Shown here: in pieces, positions 62,063 to 64,000 of the stretch
How the letters are laid out: every line of letters begins with the position of its first letter
Position numbering within the stretch: the stretch's first letter is position 1
Source: Geopsychrobacteraceae bacterium
GTDB taxonomy: Bacteria; Desulfobacterota; Desulfuromonadia; Desulfuromonadales; Geopsychrobacteraceae
Reading direction: 5' to 3'
NCBI GenBank assembly: GCA_963662315.1
Contig: OY759353.1
Span: 2,144,001-2,208,000 of the forward strand
Length of the DNA stretch: 64,000 bases
The notes under the pieces: model-generated
Told to the model about the DNA's origin: nothing
Seen by the model: the letters and a program-made list of their open reading frames with translations, nothing else
Databases searched by the model: none
Program-made: the position numbers and the translations under genes

Positions 62063-63487
62063 ATGGAAAATCTTTTATATGCCCGCATCGCCGAAAAATT
62101 GAAGGGATGGATCCGCAGTGGAGCGCTAGCGACTGGCGAACGTCTACCATCGGTCAGACAGTTGTCCAAGCGGGAGAAGATCAGTATTTCAACCGTGATG
62201 GCAGCCTATAATCTGTTGGAGGAACAGGGTTGGGTAGTGGTCCGCTCGAAATCGGGTTACTACGTGCGCCGCCAAATCAGGGAATCCCTGGCGATCCCCA
62301 ATGCTCCCGCTCAGCAAACGCGTCCGGTGCTGGCCCGCATTCCGCAGCTGGCGATGAACACACAACGCGACAGTATCAAGCCTCATACCATCAACTTCAG
62401 TCGGGCTGTGCCAGCGACAGATTTTCCCATCACCCGCCATGTCGAGCAGACTTATACCCGTCTGTCCCGAACCCGGAAGCACCTTGGATTCGGCAATACA
62501 AATCCCGAAGGACCTTACGAGCTGCGCCAGCAGATTGCTCACCATGCAATGGATGGTGGTGTCGTGATTTCACCGGACAAGATTGTCACCACAGCTGGCT
62601 GCTTAAACGCATTGGGCTTGTGTCTGCAGGTGCTGACCAGCCCCGGAGATGTCGTAGCCATTGAATCTCCTTGTTATTACGGCATCCTGCAGGTGATAGA
62701 AGCCTATCGTTTGAAAGCGATTGAAATTCCGACCCACCCGGAGACCGGCCTGAGCCTTGAAGCCTTGAAACTGGCCATGGAACAATGGCCGCTAAAAGCG
62801 GTCCTGACCGTTTCCAGCTTTTCCAACCCGCTGGGCTGCAGCATCCCGGACGACCGGAAAAAACAACTTGTATCCCTACTGGAGGAGTATCAGGTGCCAC
62901 TGATAGAAGATGATATCTATGGTGACCTTTATTTTGGCGAAAGAAGAAACAACACGATCAAAGCCTTTGATACTCAAGGCTTGGTCCTGCTCTGTTCATC
63001 ATTGTCCAAAACCATTGATCCCCAATTCAGGGTCGGCTGGATTCTGTCTGACCGCTATTATGAACAGATTCTGCATCGCAAATTTATCAATATGCTGGCA
63101 ACACCGATTCTACCGGAGCTGGTTGCTGCGGAGATTCTAAGGCAGGGTATTTATGAGCGGCATTTGCGCCAGGCCCGAGAAGTTTATCGGCAACGCTATC
63201 AACGCCTAGTCGACCTGGTCGCCGAATATTTTCCAGCAGCAACCAGAATCAGCCGTCCTCAGGGCGGAATTGTTGCCTGGCTGGAATTGCCACGGAGCAT
63301 TGATGCAACGATACTCTATGATTATTGCCGCAACCACGGCATCCTCATCGCTCCGGGCGAAATGTTTTCCCTGTCTAACCAGTTCCAGAACTGTTTCCGT
63401 TTGACTTATTCCTCCCAATGGACAGCGGAACGGGAACATGCGATGCTGGTAATGGGCAGAAAGCTGACTGAGTATCTTTCTCATTGA
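62063..63487 (+). CDS. MocR-family regulator (GntR wHTH + PLP aminotransferase domain), YdcR-like
   Basis: GERLPSVRQLS, IESPCYYG, NPLG, IEDDIY and SSLSKTIDPQFRVGW. Confidence 0.93.
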   Translation: MENLLYARIAEKLKGWIRSGALATGERLPSVRQLSKREKISISTVMAAYNLLEEQGWVVVRSKSGYYVRRQIRESLAIPNAPAQQTRPVLARIPQLAMNTQRDSIKPHTINFSRAVPATDFPITRHVEQTYTRLSRTRKHLGFGNTNPEGPYELRQQIAHHAMDGGVVISPDKIVTTAGCLNALGLCLQVLTSPGDVVAIESPCYYGILQVIEAYRLKAIEIPTHPETGLSLEALKLAMEQWPLKAVLTVSSFSNPLGCSIPDDRKKQLVSLLEEYQVPLIEDDIYGDLYFGERRNNTIKAFDTQGLVLLCSSLSKTIDPQFRVGWILSDRYYEQILHRKFINMLATPILPELVAAEILRQGIYERHLRQAREVYRQRYQRLVDLVAEYFPAATRISRPQGGIVAWLELPRSIDATILYDYCRNHGILIAPGEMFSLSNQFQNCFRLTYSSQWTAEREHAMLVMGRKLTEYLSH

Positions 63488-63617
63488 GAGTGATATTCTT
63501 TGATTCCTTTAGGACCAACAATGGCACTGCAATGGAGGCCGGAAATCAACTTCAAACACTCATGTAGCCTCTTACTGAAGTACTATCTGTTTCAGGTACA
63601 AAAATAAGGACAAACCA

Positions 63618-64000
63618 ATGCTTGAAATTGTTCTTTTCGCCTTTGGGGTGATGTATACCCCTGGCCCGGTGAACCTTCTAAGTCTCAATAGCGGCACCCA
63701 CAAACAGTTCCGGAGACACCTGCCCTTTTGCCTCGGCGTGGCAACGGCTCTGGGTTGTTGGTTCCTTCTCGTCGGCTATACAGGTAGCCTGCTTGTTAAT
63801 AATGCCATATTGCCCGTCATTGCCGGAGCGGGAGTCGGCTTCATTCTGTACCTGGCCTATAAAGTCTTGGTGAGTAAGGTTGATGTCAGCAACACAGACA
63901 CAACAACGGCGGTTCTTACCTACAAAGATGGCTTGCTGATGCAGCTGCTCAATCCTAAAGCCATGATGGTGGTTCTTCCTGTCACTGCAATTCAGTTTCC
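63618..64000 (+). CDS. LysE-family translocator, 3' end outside window
   Basis: MLEIVLFAFGVMYTPGPVN, YLAYK and QLLNPKA; AAGGA RBS. Confidence 0.88.
   Translation, partial: MLEIVLFAFGVMYTPGPVNLLSLNSGTHKQFRRHLPFCLGVATALGCWFLLVGYTGSLLVNNAILPVIAGAGVGFILYLAYKVLVSKVDVSNTDTTTAVLTYKDGLLMQLLNPKAMMVVLPVTAIQF

Overview
A 64-kb bacterial chromosomal window. The gene content and intergenic repeat style suggest a Desulfuromonadales (Geopsychrobacter/Desulfuromusa-like) deltaproteobacterium; this is inference, not a database result. The first ~43.5 kb is metabolic and regulatory: a Shewanella-type flavocytochrome c fumarate reductase (5' truncated), two MCPs, scattered sugar-acid genes (FadR regulator, enolase-family dehydratase, gluconate 5-dehydrogenase, 2-hydroxyacid dehydrogenase, gnd, kdgK), glpX, class Ia nrdAB with NrdR boxes, a hybrid sensor kinase, an ACT-domain protein with def, sthA, a sigma54-type nucleoside ABC transporter with a deaminase, and a LysR with a rhodanese/Fe-S/MauE cluster. 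The standout region is 43.8-60.7 kb, an orphan polymorphic-toxin island. It holds a DUF4150 PAAR-like gene, a 77-aa membrane protein and a 1190-aa MIX/VasX-like toxin. These are followed by six overlapping, mosaic Sel1-repeat lipoprotein genes (order A-B-A-B-B-A) joined by a ~160-bp dual-coding junction repeat; the last is broken by an intact IS256 with an 8-bp target duplication. After them come a propeller+Sel1 giant lipoprotein and a DUF805 gene bracketed by direct repeats of a Y1/RAYT-like transposase leader. Also found: a candidate sRNA, two small ORFs absent from the ORF track, two IS256 relics and dispersed palindromic repeats. No rRNA, tRNA or CRISPR array was seen.
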